A stretch of DNA of 64,000 nt from a virus. This document shows, in pieces, positions 48,152 through 57,059 of this stretch. Location: the IMG/VR virus record IMGVR_UViG_3300020438_005037, positions 6,010-70,009 of that record, one strand, 5' to 3'. Each line of letters opens with the position of its first letter. The first letter of the stretch is position 1. The notes under the pieces are model-generated. The model did not search any database. It was not told the DNA's origin and saw nothing but the letters and a program-made list of their open reading frames with translations. The position numbers were made by a program, and so were the translations under genes.

Positions 48152-48558
48152 AACAAATTGATTTACAAAAATATAAAGATTTTGTAGAAGCTGTTACATC
48201 AGATCAATCTAATGACACTGAAAGTCTATGTAACAGATTACAAAAATTAGAACATGAAACTAATGTAAACATATCTCTCTTATTAACAGGCGCAATAGGA
48301 TTATCATCAGAAGGAGGAGAATTTGCAGAAATTGTTAAAAAATGTATTTTCCAAGGCAAGCCATTGGATAAAGATACTAGATTCCATATCAAAAGAGAAC
48401 TTGGCGATATATTGTGGTATTGGATCAATAGTGTTCGTTCACTCGGATTGGATCCAAACTCAGTTATAGAAGAAAATATTGATAAATTAAAATCACGCTA
48501 TCCTGGTGGGGAATTTAATCCATACTACAGTGAGAATAGAAAAGAAAACGATTTATAA
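48148..48558 (+). CDS. MazG-like NTP pyrophosphohydrolase
   Basis: GLSSEGGEFAEIVKK, ELGDILWY, NIDKLKSRYP. Confidence 0.88.
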   Translation: MKQIDLQKYKDFVEAVTSDQSNDTESLCNRLQKLEHETNVNISLLLTGAIGLSSEGGEFAEIVKKCIFQGKPLDKDTRFHIKRELGDILWYWINSVRSLGLDPNSVIEENIDKLKSRYPGGEFNPYYSENRKENDL

Positions 48559-48575
48559 GACAAAATAATACACTC

Positions 48576-48604
48576 TTGACAAATATTTACTTTTGCAGTA
48601 TAAT
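48576..48604 (+). promoter_or_regulatory. Consensus sigma70 promoter
   Basis: TTGACA-17 nt-TATAAT. Confidence 0.85.
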
Positions 48605-48632
48605 AAGATAATAAACCTAATTAGGATCGTGC

Positions 48633-49547
48633 ATGGAAACATTATGGGTAGAAAAATACAGACCAAAAGAAATTGATGACTATGTATTTGTTGATAAATC
48701 ACAAAAAAAGTTGGTTGAAACATGGATAAAAGATAAATCTATTCCTCATATACTCCTAGGTGGCCATGCTGGTATAGGTAAAACTACACTAGCTAGACTC
48801 CTTATTGAAAAGTTAGATACACATCCAGCAGACGTATTAGACATAAATGCAAGCAATGTAAATGGTGTAGAACATGTCAGGACTACTATTACAAACTTTG
48901 TTCAAATGATCCCATTTGGTGATTTCAAGATTGTATTATTCGACGAAGCTGACTTTTTATCACTCTCTGCACAAGCTACTCTTAGGAGTATTTTTGAAGA
49001 ATATCATGAATTTGCAAGATTTATTTTAACTTGCAACGATCTATATAAAGTAATGCCAGCTTTACAAAGTAGATGCCACACAATTGATATACAAAAAACA
49101 GATAAGACAGAATTTACTGCTCGGGTAGCTACAGTTTTAATGAGAGAAGGCATTACACCAGATCTTGATGTTTTAGATACGTATGTTAGATTATCATTTC
49201 CTGATCTCAGGAAATGCCTTAACACAGTACAACAAAATATTGAAGATAACTCATTGATTCCACTAGATGACTCATCTGCATATGTACAAGACTGGAAGCT
49301 AATAGCCCTTGATCTTTTCAGAGAAAATAAAATATTAGAAGGCAGGAAGACGCTGTGTAAAAATATGCGTAGAGAAGAAATGCATCAATTTTATGGATTT
49401 TTATTCGAAAATATTGAAATTTTCGGCGACGAAGAACAACAATTCAAAGCCATTCATCTGTTACGTAAAGCAACAGTTGATCACACAATATGCATAGATC
49501 CGGAAATAAATCTTACATCCTGCCTTATACATTTATCAGAATTATGA
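48633..49547 (+). CDS. Clamp loader AAA+ subunit (T4 gp44/RFC small type)
   Basis: [38 protein letters not shown]. Confidence 0.92.
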   Translation: METLWVEKYRPKEIDDYVFVDKSQKKLVETWIKDKSIPHILLGGHAGIGKTTLARLLIEKLDTHPADVLDINASNVNGVEHVRTTITNFVQMIPFGDFKIVLFDEADFLSLSAQATLRSIFEEYHEFARFILTCNDLYKVMPALQSRCHTIDIQKTDKTEFTARVATVLMREGITPDLDVLDTYVRLSFPDLRKCLNTVQQNIEDNSLIPLDDSSAYVQDWKLIALDLFRENKILEGRKTLCKNMRREEMHQFYGFLFENIEIFGDEEQQFKAIHLLRKATVDHTICIDPEINLTSCLIHLSEL

Positions 49548-49912
49548 CTTATATTGTAAACGACGGCTGTATCAAATGTAAACATATGGATTGTGTAGAA
49601 GTATGTCCGGTTGATTGTTTTTATGAAGGAGCAAATATTTTAGTAATAAATCCACAAGAGTGCATAGATTGTGGTGTTTGTCAACCTGAATGTCCAGTGG
49701 ATGCTATTTTACCAGAAAACAAAGTACCAGAAGGAGAAAGACAGTTTTGGATAGATTTTAATCAAAAATGGTCAGATATATGGCCTAATATTACCCAGAA
49801 AAGATCTGAAGATGTGCCAAAAGACCATGCTAAATGGCAGTATCGGCCGGATAAACTAAACTTACTAGACGAAAACCCTGGCAAAGGGGATCCACCAGAG
49901 GAGGACGAGTGA
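49544..49912 (+). CDS. fdxA: 7Fe dicluster ferredoxin (FdxA type)
   Basis: [26 protein letters not shown]...[17 protein letters not shown]; ATG overlaps the clamp loader stop. Confidence 0.92.
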   Translation: MTYIVNDGCIKCKHMDCVEVCPVDCFYEGANILVINPQECIDCGVCQPECPVDAILPENKVPEGERQFWIDFNQKWSDIWPNITQKRSEDVPKDHAKWQYRPDKLNLLDENPGKGDPPEEDE

Positions 49913-50601
49913 AAGTAAAATTAATAAGTTATTCTCAAGCTGTTGATTTTCAAAACTATGGTATTGTAGATCAACAAGAAGAAGACATCACTGCACAAGA
50001 CCTAGTGGCTTTTTGTGCTCGAGTGTCTAATCCAAGTAACCAGATGAATACGCAAACCAGTGAGCGATTATTGAAATACTTGATTAGACACAAGCACTGG
50101 TCACCATTTGAAATGGTTAGTGCCTGCCTTGAAATTGAAACTACTCGCGATATTGCACACCAAATTGTCCGACACAGAAGTTTTGCCTTCCAGGAATTTA
50201 GTCAACGCTACGCAAATCCTGCGGAATTTGGTGAACAATTTGTAGTAAGAGATGCTAGACTACAAGACGAAAAAAATAGGCAGAACAGCATAGACACAGA
50301 TGATCCTGAACTCGCAGCACATTGGATCCATAAACAAAAAACAGTAATTGAAACTGCTAAAGCTGCATACGAATGGGCAATAGACAACGGCATAGCAAAA
50401 GAACAAGCAAGAGTGGTTTTGCCCGAAGGCTGTACAAAAACTAGATTATACATGAATGGGTCTTTGCGAAGTTGGATACATTATATTGAACTAAGAGGTG
50501 CAAACGGTACACAAAAAGAACACATGGATATTGCCCATGAATGTGCAAAAGTTGTAGCAAAAATTTTTCCAAATATAATGAATTTTGTTAATGAAGGATA
50601 A
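49909..50601 (+). CDS. thyX: Flavin-dependent thymidylate synthase
   Basis: [40 protein letters not shown]. Confidence 0.95.
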   Translation: MKVKLISYSQAVDFQNYGIVDQQEEDITAQDLVAFCARVSNPSNQMNTQTSERLLKYLIRHKHWSPFEMVSACLEIETTRDIAHQIVRHRSFAFQEFSQRYANPAEFGEQFVVRDARLQDEKNRQNSIDTDDPELAAHWIHKQKTVIETAKAAYEWAIDNGIAKEQARVVLPEGCTKTRLYMNGSLRSWIHYIELRGANGTQKEHMDIAHECAKVVAKIFPNIMNFVNEG

Positions 50602-51076
50602 ATTTGTACAAGCTTACATGGATGTTGCTAAACGATTTTCTTTACTTTCTACAGCTAAAAGACTACAAGTAGGAGCTATCATTGTCAAAGACGACCGTAT
50701 CATATCAATAGGATACAACGGAATGCCAAGCGGATGGGATAATAATTGTGAAAATACACTGTTTATAACAAAAGATGAAGCCCAAGGGTATAACATGGAG
50801 GGCCAAGGATTTACAAAAACTAAAAATGGTAATTGGACAAAATTAAAATCTAAACCTGAAGTGTTACATGCTGAAAGTAATGCTATAGCTAAATTAGCAC
50901 GTAGTAGTGAAAGTGGGAAAGATGCTGCAATTTTTGTGACTCATCAGCCCTGCTTGGAATGTGCAAAATTGATATTCCAAGCAGGTATTAGCAGTGTGTA
51001 TTATTCAACCGAATACAGATTAACAAACGGTGTTGATTTTTTAAACACTGCAGGTGTTTTAATTGTTAAAGTTTAA
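50591..51076 (+). CDS. dCMP deaminase
   Basis: GYNG, HAESNAI, PCLECAK. Confidence 0.92.
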   Translation: MKDKFVQAYMDVAKRFSLLSTAKRLQVGAIIVKDDRIISIGYNGMPSGWDNNCENTLFITKDEAQGYNMEGQGFTKTKNGNWTKLKSKPEVLHAESNAIAKLARSSESGKDAAIFVTHQPCLECAKLIFQAGISSVYYSTEYRLTNGVDFLNTAGVLIVKV

Positions 51077-51801
51077 ATTGAATTTACATCTCCATAAATG
51101 TTAAGAACTTCTTTTACTGCTTCGTGTCTCTCAATATCTGTGTGCGTGAACCTTACTACATCAATACGTGTAAGATTTTTGTGATCAATATGTCTAATAA
51201 AATTTACTAAACCATTATCATTTATCCTATCAGCTTGCTCTAAATCTCCTGTTACAACCATTTTTGAGTCATCTCCTATCCGAGTTAATAACATTTTCAT
51301 TTGGTTAGGAGTTGCATTTTGCATTTCATCGGCTAAAATAAATGATTTTTTAAATGTTCTTCCTCTCATATATGCTAGAGGCGCTATTTCGATTATTCCT
51401 TCATCAATCATTGTAGAAATTTCTCTTGAATGAAAGTAATCTCTTATCACATCGAAAATTGGTTTAGTCCAAGGAGCCATTTTCTGTTCCAATGTCCCTG
51501 GCAAGAATCCTAAATCTTCGTCAACACTTACAGCAGGTCTAGTTATTATAATTCTGTTTATTTCTCCTTGTTTCAATAACTTTACTGCTATTTGCACTGC
51601 AATTAATGTTTTACCTGTCCCTGCAGGACCAACTCCAAATACAATATCTTTAGTCTGATCTAAAAGTTTGATCATATATGTTTCTTGATTTTGATTCCTT
51701 GGTAACACATACACTTGTCTTTTCTTTTTTTGAAAATCAAAGTTAACAACATTAGTAGGTTCTTGATATCTCGGCTTGCGAACCGATCTTTTTGCACTCA
51801 T
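51073..51801 (-). CDS. phoH: PhoH-like ATPase
   Basis: GPAGTGKT, LGFLPG, YMRGRTF, DEMQN, LTRIG, GDLEQ; start MSAKR chosen from SD AAGGAG. Confidence 0.93.
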   Translation of the reverse strand: MSAKRSVRKPRYQEPTNVVNFDFQKKKRQVYVLPRNQNQETYMIKLLDQTKDIVFGVGPAGTGKTLIAVQIAVKLLKQGEINRIIITRPAVSVDEDLGFLPGTLEQKMAPWTKPIFDVIRDYFHSREISTMIDEGIIEIAPLAYMRGRTFKKSFILADEMQNATPNQMKMLLTRIGDDSKMVVTGDLEQADRINDNGLVNFIRHIDHKNLTRIDVVRFTHTDIERHEAVKEVLNIYGDVNSI

Positions 51802-51839
51802 TAAGTTCTCCTTTAATGTGTAGGTAATGCCTACACTAA

Positions 51840-51903
51840 TATTTATGAACGTCAACAAATCATTAAACTGCACTGTATATGCGATAAATAAATATAATAA
51901 ATA
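51840..51903. promoter_or_regulatory. Divergent late promoter cluster
   Basis: ATAAATA on the minus strand (51840-51846) toward phoH; three overlapping or adjacent ATAAATA on plus (51884-51903). Confidence 0.55.
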
Positions 51904-51915
51904 CTAGGATAAATT

Positions 51916-52497
51916 ATGCAGGATATATATGATATTATAAAAAATATCGAACGCATTTACGATAGCACAACAAATTTTAAAATATTAAAAGATTTTGAAA
52001 GAGTTTTAGATGAATTAAATGTATATGTATACGACAATTGGATGGACGGTGAATTAGCAGAAGGACCTATTGTTGATAGACATTGGATTACCTGTAAATT
52101 CTTTTGGCTACGTAAGAATATGCCTGATCCGGAAGGTGGCAAACGCTTATTAGACTACAATTGTAAAGTAACGTATCAAAAAGAATTTTTAATCAAACCA
52201 AGAAAAATAAGAACACCTGATGATATTCGACCAGGCACTAAAAAAGGCAAATTGGACAGAGAAACAATATGGATTGTATCTATAACAATGCCAAAAAAAT
52301 TAATAGCAGATATATATAGAAATTACAAAAATGATTGGGACTGGGAAACAGAACCAAATGAGGATATAGGAGATAGTGCTACTTCACAACCAGCAGATAT
52401 GGCAGTTGATCCTGGAATGGCTGATCCTGGTATTGATCCAGCTCTACCTGCAGATGCTGTACCAGCTGAGCCACCTGCAGCAGGAGGTACTGAATGA
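51916..52497 (+). CDS. Conserved phage hypothetical protein
   Basis: LKDFERVLDELNVYVYDNWMDGEL..GP; acidic/Pro-rich tail. Confidence 0.75.
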   Translation: MQDIYDIIKNIERIYDSTTNFKILKDFERVLDELNVYVYDNWMDGELAEGPIVDRHWITCKFFWLRKNMPDPEGGKRLLDYNCKVTYQKEFLIKPRKIRTPDDIRPGTKKGKLDRETIWIVSITMPKKLIADIYRNYKNDWDWETEPNEDIGDSATSQPADMAVDPGMADPGIDPALPADAVPAEPPAAGGTE

Positions 52498-53210
52498 GTT
52501 TAAGACAAAATGATTTAAAATATTTTGTAGACAGTATTTTTGAAATAGATAGTTTCTCTTCTAAGATGGGAAATGATAGTGATATTGTTACTGTAAGTTT
52601 TTCTTTAAAAGAAAAACAACCAGCTGACGACTTAGTTGATTTTTTAGAAAAAGGATATAATTTTATATTAGATGCAGATGTATCACCTGGTGAGTTAGAA
52701 AATTCAAATTTTAAAGTATTTGTAGAAATAGAACGTGATAAAGATATTGGCAAAAATATCTATGAGATGATTCAAGGTGTAACAAAATTAAGTGGTGTTG
52801 ATAATTGGAAATATAGATATTATAAAAATTTCCAAAGCAAAACAGCAACTTTGGAAAATTTTGAGATTGATATTCCAAAGGATTCCGACTCTTATGCATT
52901 GAACAAAGATCAAGTCACTATGGAAAATTATAAAAATTTCTTTAAGAATAGTTACTTAGAATCAGTTGAAATGATTAATGACACAATAATTTTACATAAA
53001 CCTTTTAGCGACAAATTGAATTTAAAATTTAATGCAATAGGAAAAACAGATAAAATACTTGCCAATATTAAGGAAAGCTTTAATCCTTGGGAATTTGCAG
53101 AAATAATATATCTCACAAAATACATTGGTGATTACAATATAACCAAATATGGTCAAAAATTAACTTTTGAAAATGAAGGACATACCTTAGTAGCAGAAAG
53201 GATGTGTTAA
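52494..53210 (+). CDS. Conserved phage hypothetical protein
   Basis: ID.F.SKMG, DADVSPGE, VFVEIER. Confidence 0.75.
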   Translation: MSLRQNDLKYFVDSIFEIDSFSSKMGNDSDIVTVSFSLKEKQPADDLVDFLEKGYNFILDADVSPGELENSNFKVFVEIERDKDIGKNIYEMIQGVTKLSGVDNWKYRYYKNFQSKTATLENFEIDIPKDSDSYALNKDQVTMENYKNFFKNSYLESVEMINDTIILHKPFSDKLNLKFNAIGKTDKILANIKESFNPWEFAEIIYLTKYIGDYNITKYGQKLTFENEGHTLVAERMC

Positions 53211-54064
53211 TGGCAAAAGAACATTTTGCATTTGAATTTACAAAAGATATGGCACATGAGCTTTTACAAGGAAACAGTGAATGGCAAGAATGGTATGAAT
53301 CAATGTGTGAAATCTTGCCTCTTTGGAATATTAATACTGTAGAACGAGTAGCTGGATTTATTGCACAATGCGGACATGAATCAAGAAATTTTATTGTGCT
53401 AACAGAAAATTTAAATTACAGTGCTGCAGCTTTAAATAAAATTTTTCCAAAGTATTTTATACGAGCAGGCAAAAATGCACAAGATTATCATCGTAAACCT
53501 GAAAAAATAGCTAATGTTATATATGCTAGTAGAATGAATAATGGTCCTGAAGATAGCGGAGACGGTTGGAAGTATCGGGGAGGCGGAATCTTGCAGTTGA
53601 CTGGCAAATATAATTACAGCGCATTTGCAAAAGAAGTAAAAATGACTGCTGAACAAGCTGTAGATTACGTAAGGACAAAAAAAGGAGCATTAGACAGTGC
53701 ATGCTGGTTCTGGGACACAAATAAGCTTAATACCTACTGTGATAATCAGGATGTGGTTGGTATGTCAAAAAGAATCAATGGTGGCACTATTGGTTTAGAT
53801 GATAGGAAAAAACATTACATCCATGCACTTGATGTTTTAGGGGGCGATTATGAAACTCCTGAACCTGATTACAATACTGTGCTAAAAAAAGGATCACGAG
53901 GCACGCTTGTTGCAGAAATGCAAGAGATATTAGGAATAATGCCAGCTGATGGAATATTTGGTCCTGGTACAGAAAAAATTATAAAAAATTGGCAGTCAAT
54001 GCATGGACTCTCTCCAGACGGAATAGTAGGTCCAAACACAATAGCTAAATTATTTAATAAATGA
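53210..54064 (+). CDS. GH19 endolysin with C-terminal peptidoglycan-binding domain
   Basis: FIAQCGHES, ENLNYS, YRGGGILQLTGKYNY, SACWFW, RINGG; LKKGSRG...DGIFGPGT...DGIVGPNT. Confidence 0.92.
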   Translation: MAKEHFAFEFTKDMAHELLQGNSEWQEWYESMCEILPLWNINTVERVAGFIAQCGHESRNFIVLTENLNYSAAALNKIFPKYFIRAGKNAQDYHRKPEKIANVIYASRMNNGPEDSGDGWKYRGGGILQLTGKYNYSAFAKEVKMTAEQAVDYVRTKKGALDSACWFWDTNKLNTYCDNQDVVGMSKRINGGTIGLDDRKKHYIHALDVLGGDYETPEPDYNTVLKKGSRGTLVAEMQEILGIMPADGIFGPGTEKIIKNWQSMHGLSPDGIVGPNTIAKLFNK

Positions 54065-54570
54065 TGTTTCTGTCATTTAAGTTAGTGTTTCTTGGTATAG
54101 TAGTTTCAACAATTACTGGAGCATATATTTACATTACCGATTTACAGAATACACTAGAAAAAACCACAATAAATCTCGCCACGTCTACTTTAAATCAAGC
54201 TACCCTTGAAAAAGATATCATTGCGCAAAAGAATGTAATTGCTACACAAGTAGAAGACTTTAAAAAAATTTCTAAGGCACATTCTACACTCACTGAACAA
54301 AATAAAAAATTAAAAAATGAAATTTCTGTTTTAGATAAAAAATTCAATAAAATAAATGCTAGTGGCAAAAAAAGAGACATAGGAAATTTAGCTATTGCAA
54401 GAACAAAAGCTATTGAAAAAGTAATTAACAGAGCAAGCAATAATGCAATGCGATGTTTAGAAATAGCAAGTGGTTCCCCTTTAACAAATGAAGAAAAAAA
54501 TGCTACTAAGAAAAGCCAGATCAATAGTGAATGTCCTAGTATTGCTAATCCCAATTATATTATTTACTAA
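54061..54570 (+). CDS. i-spanin (Rz-like)
   Basis: N-terminal TM, long coiled coil, two Cys; follows the endolysin. Confidence 0.75.
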   Translation: MMFLSFKLVFLGIVVSTITGAYIYITDLQNTLEKTTINLATSTLNQATLEKDIIAQKNVIATQVEDFKKISKAHSTLTEQNKKLKNEISVLDKKFNKINASGKKRDIGNLAIARTKAIEKVINRASNNAMRCLEIASGSPLTNEEKNATKKSQINSECPSIANPNYIIY

Positions 54571-54883
54571 TAGTTGTACTAGCAAAGCCAAAGACATAAC
54601 GCCAATTAAAAAAATCGAAACAATTAGAACTCCCGTAAAAAAAATACCATTAAATTTAGCCCACCCATCAGTAATTGAATTAGATAAAATAAATTGGATT
54701 ATTATTACAAAAGATAATGCTGCTGAAACTTTTGATGTATTGACTACTAAGGACACAGATGCAGTGTTATTTGGACTAACAGATGATAATTATGAAATCT
54801 TATCTAAAAATTTTGCTCATATCCGTGCACATATTATACAACAACGACAAATAATTAATCAATATAAAGAATATTACGAGTAA
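54488..54883 (+). CDS. o-spanin (Rz1-like lipoprotein)
   Basis: Basic N-region, hydrophobic stretch, FTNS-C; overlaps the i-spanin 3' end. Confidence 0.7.
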   Translation: MKKKMLLRKARSIVNVLVLLIPIILFTNSCTSKAKDITPIKKIETIRTPVKKIPLNLAHPSVIELDKINWIIITKDNAAETFDVLTTKDTDAVLFGLTDDNYEILSKNFAHIRAHIIQQRQIINQYKEYYE

Positions 54884-54936
54884 AAGTACAGTATTTCGAC
54901 CTTGAGTACTTGGTAAATAATGTACGGGGGTGAAAG

Positions 54937-55374
54937 ATGGATATGAAATTATTTGATAGTTTTGGTATGACCATGACTGACATGTTGGTTCCATGGATAA
55001 CTGTTTTGATAAGTATTGCTGCTGCATTTTGGTTTAAGGAATTTGCACAAAATCTTGTTGCAGGATTGTCCTTTAAATGGGGCGGAAATTTTCGAGAGGG
55101 AGATCAAGTAATTCTAGACGGCCATGATGCTATGGTAATAAAAATTGGCACAAAAGAAACTGTTTTTGGCAGATATACAGAAAATGGTTATACATGGCAA
55201 TATGTGCCCAATGAAAAACTAGAGTTCCATAATTTAGAAAAAATTGTACATAGGGATTTACACTTGGATACAGATATAGAAAAAGGACAACGAGTAATTG
55301 AACTTATGGAAAAAGCAAAAGGAGCATATAAAGCTCCAATGAAAGTAGATCATCATGCCTCGGGCGAATCCTGA
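54937..55374 (+). CDS. Minimal MscS-like channel protein
   Basis: FKEFAQNLVAGL...FREGDQVILDG...V.KIG...T...VPNEKL, i.e. MscS TM3 plus beta domain. Confidence 0.75.
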   Translation: MDMKLFDSFGMTMTDMLVPWITVLISIAAAFWFKEFAQNLVAGLSFKWGGNFREGDQVILDGHDAMVIKIGTKETVFGRYTENGYTWQYVPNEKLEFHNLEKIVHRDLHLDTDIEKGQRVIELMEKAKGAYKAPMKVDHHASGES

Positions 55375-55717
55375 GGATCTTAGCAGAGCAGACTCTACTG
55401 TTAAATATGATGCAAAAATTTCTGCTCCTGCTACAGACAAAACGACAAAAAAAGTTAAATTAGATCTTGAAGTAGACACTAGTGCTAAAGACCTTGGTCC
55501 TAATCCATTCAGGAATTGGATACATTTAGCACGTGCCGTTGATGCGTGGAGAATTTTTCCACGTATTTTTATCACTACATATATCATTTTGCTATACAAA
55601 AGTGTAATTTGGTTTATGGATTTACCAGATCCAACTTTAGAACAATCAGGACTCATCAGTATTGTGGTTGGTGCAGGAGCAGCTTGGTTCGGTCTATATG
55701 CAGGAAGTAAAAAATAA
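55355..55717 (+). CDS. 2-TM membrane protein, holin candidate
   Basis: DAWRIFPR followed by two TMs and basic C-terminus; lies beside the lysis genes. Confidence 0.55.
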   Translation: MPRANPEDLSRADSTVKYDAKISAPATDKTTKKVKLDLEVDTSAKDLGPNPFRNWIHLARAVDAWRIFPRIFITTYIILLYKSVIWFMDLPDPTLEQSGLISIVVGAGAAWFGLYAGSKK

Positions 55718-56151
55718 TGTATGAATACAATTCCGTCATAAGGAAAATCGTTGACGGCGACACCATTGATGTAGATATAGATTTAGGTTTTGGTGTTTGG
55801 TTAAAAGATCAAAGAATAAGACTACATGGAATAGATACACCAGAATGCAGAACAAGAGACGCTGAAGAAAAAATTTTTGGACTTGCAGCTAAGAACTTTG
55901 TAATTTCAAGTTTACCAGTAGGTTCTAATCAAATTTTAAAAACTGTGATTAATAAAGACGGAGAAGATGTCCGTGGTAAATTTGGCAGGATTCTGGGCGA
56001 CTTTACTTTAACTGACAACGCTACACTTGTTGAAACTATGATTGGAAAAGGATATGGCGTTGAATATAAAGGCCAAAGTAAGGATTTAATCGAACAAGCA
56101 CACTTAGCAGCAAGAAAACGTCTCATTAGCGCAGGCATAGTTACAATATAA
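55717..56151 (+). CDS. Thermonuclease (SNase family)
   Basis: IVDGDTID, IRLHGIDTPE, GKFGRILG. Confidence 0.9.
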   Translation: MYEYNSVIRKIVDGDTIDVDIDLGFGVWLKDQRIRLHGIDTPECRTRDAEEKIFGLAAKNFVISSLPVGSNQILKTVINKDGEDVRGKFGRILGDFTLTDNATLVETMIGKGYGVEYKGQSKDLIEQAHLAARKRLISAGIVTI

Positions 56152-56163
56152 CTAAGTAGTTAT

Positions 56164-57000
56164 ATGGACTACTATCAAATACTAGGAATTAACAAATCAG
56201 CATCTGCAGAAGAAATAAAATCTGCGTATAAGAAAAAAGCTATGCAGCATCATCCTGATAAAGGAGGTGACGCAGATACTTTTAAAAGAATTAATGAAGC
56301 TTATCAAATATTAAATGATCAAAATAAAAAACAAAATTATGATCAATTTGGAACACCAGATGATCAACAATATAGATATACTTCACAGAATTTTTCAAAC
56401 CCTGATTTTCATAGTATTTTTGAGAATTTCGGATTTAATGGAAATTTCGGTAATGGATTTCATCAACAAGCACAACGCAATAGAGACATAAAATTTAATT
56501 ACGTTATAGAGTTACAAGACATATTTTTTGGCAAGACGGATACTATTGTATTCAAACTTCCAAATGGTGTTGAAGAGATAATTGTTGTAAAAATTCCTGT
56601 TGGAATAAGAGATGGCAACACTATACAGTTTCAAGGACAAGGTGACAATACGCATCGTGGATTACCAAGAGGAGATTTGCTTGTACAAGTTAGAGTAAAA
56701 GATCATCCGTATTATCGAATAGCAGGACATAACATCCATTACAATATAAAATTATCCGCTTTTGATTTACTCTTGGGCACTATGCAAGAAATTATAACAC
56801 CGGAAGGCAAGACAATAAATTTAACTATTCCTCGAGGAACTAATCCAAACACAAAGTTCACTATTCCGCAACATGGATTGCCAACTATCAATAGTCATGC
56901 TCGCGGACAAATGATTGTTGAACTTGCGTGTTCGGTTCCTAAATTGTCAGATAAACAAGCCCAACAATTACAAAATTTACAAAAAAATTTTAATTTGTGA
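56164..57000 (+). CDS. dnaJ: DnaJ/CbpA-type co-chaperone without Zn finger
   Basis: DYYQILG, HHPDKGG, G/F-rich linker, C-terminal GDLLV domain. Confidence 0.9.
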   Translation: MDYYQILGINKSASAEEIKSAYKKKAMQHHPDKGGDADTFKRINEAYQILNDQNKKQNYDQFGTPDDQQYRYTSQNFSNPDFHSIFENFGFNGNFGNGFHQQAQRNRDIKFNYVIELQDIFFGKTDTIVFKLPNGVEEIIVVKIPVGIRDGNTIQFQGQGDNTHRGLPRGDLLVQVRVKDHPYYRIAGHNIHYNIKLSAFDLLLGTMQEIITPEGKTINLTIPRGTNPNTKFTIPQHGLPTINSHARGQMIVELACSVPKLSDKQAQQLQNLQKNFNL

Positions 57001-57029
57001 TTGACATATTCCATCAATCATGTTATACT
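57001..57029 (+). promoter_or_regulatory. Sigma70-type promoter
   Basis: TTGACA-17 nt-TATACT with extended TG. Confidence 0.8.
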
Positions 57030-57059
57030 TATAGCTCTATTACTTAAAGGAAAATTGTT

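Noticed and set aside
51802-51873. Track N-terminal extension of PhoH (similarly 49490-49543 for ferredoxin and 62694-62726)
   Set aside because: Downstream ATGs have an SD or stop-start overlap and match family N-termini
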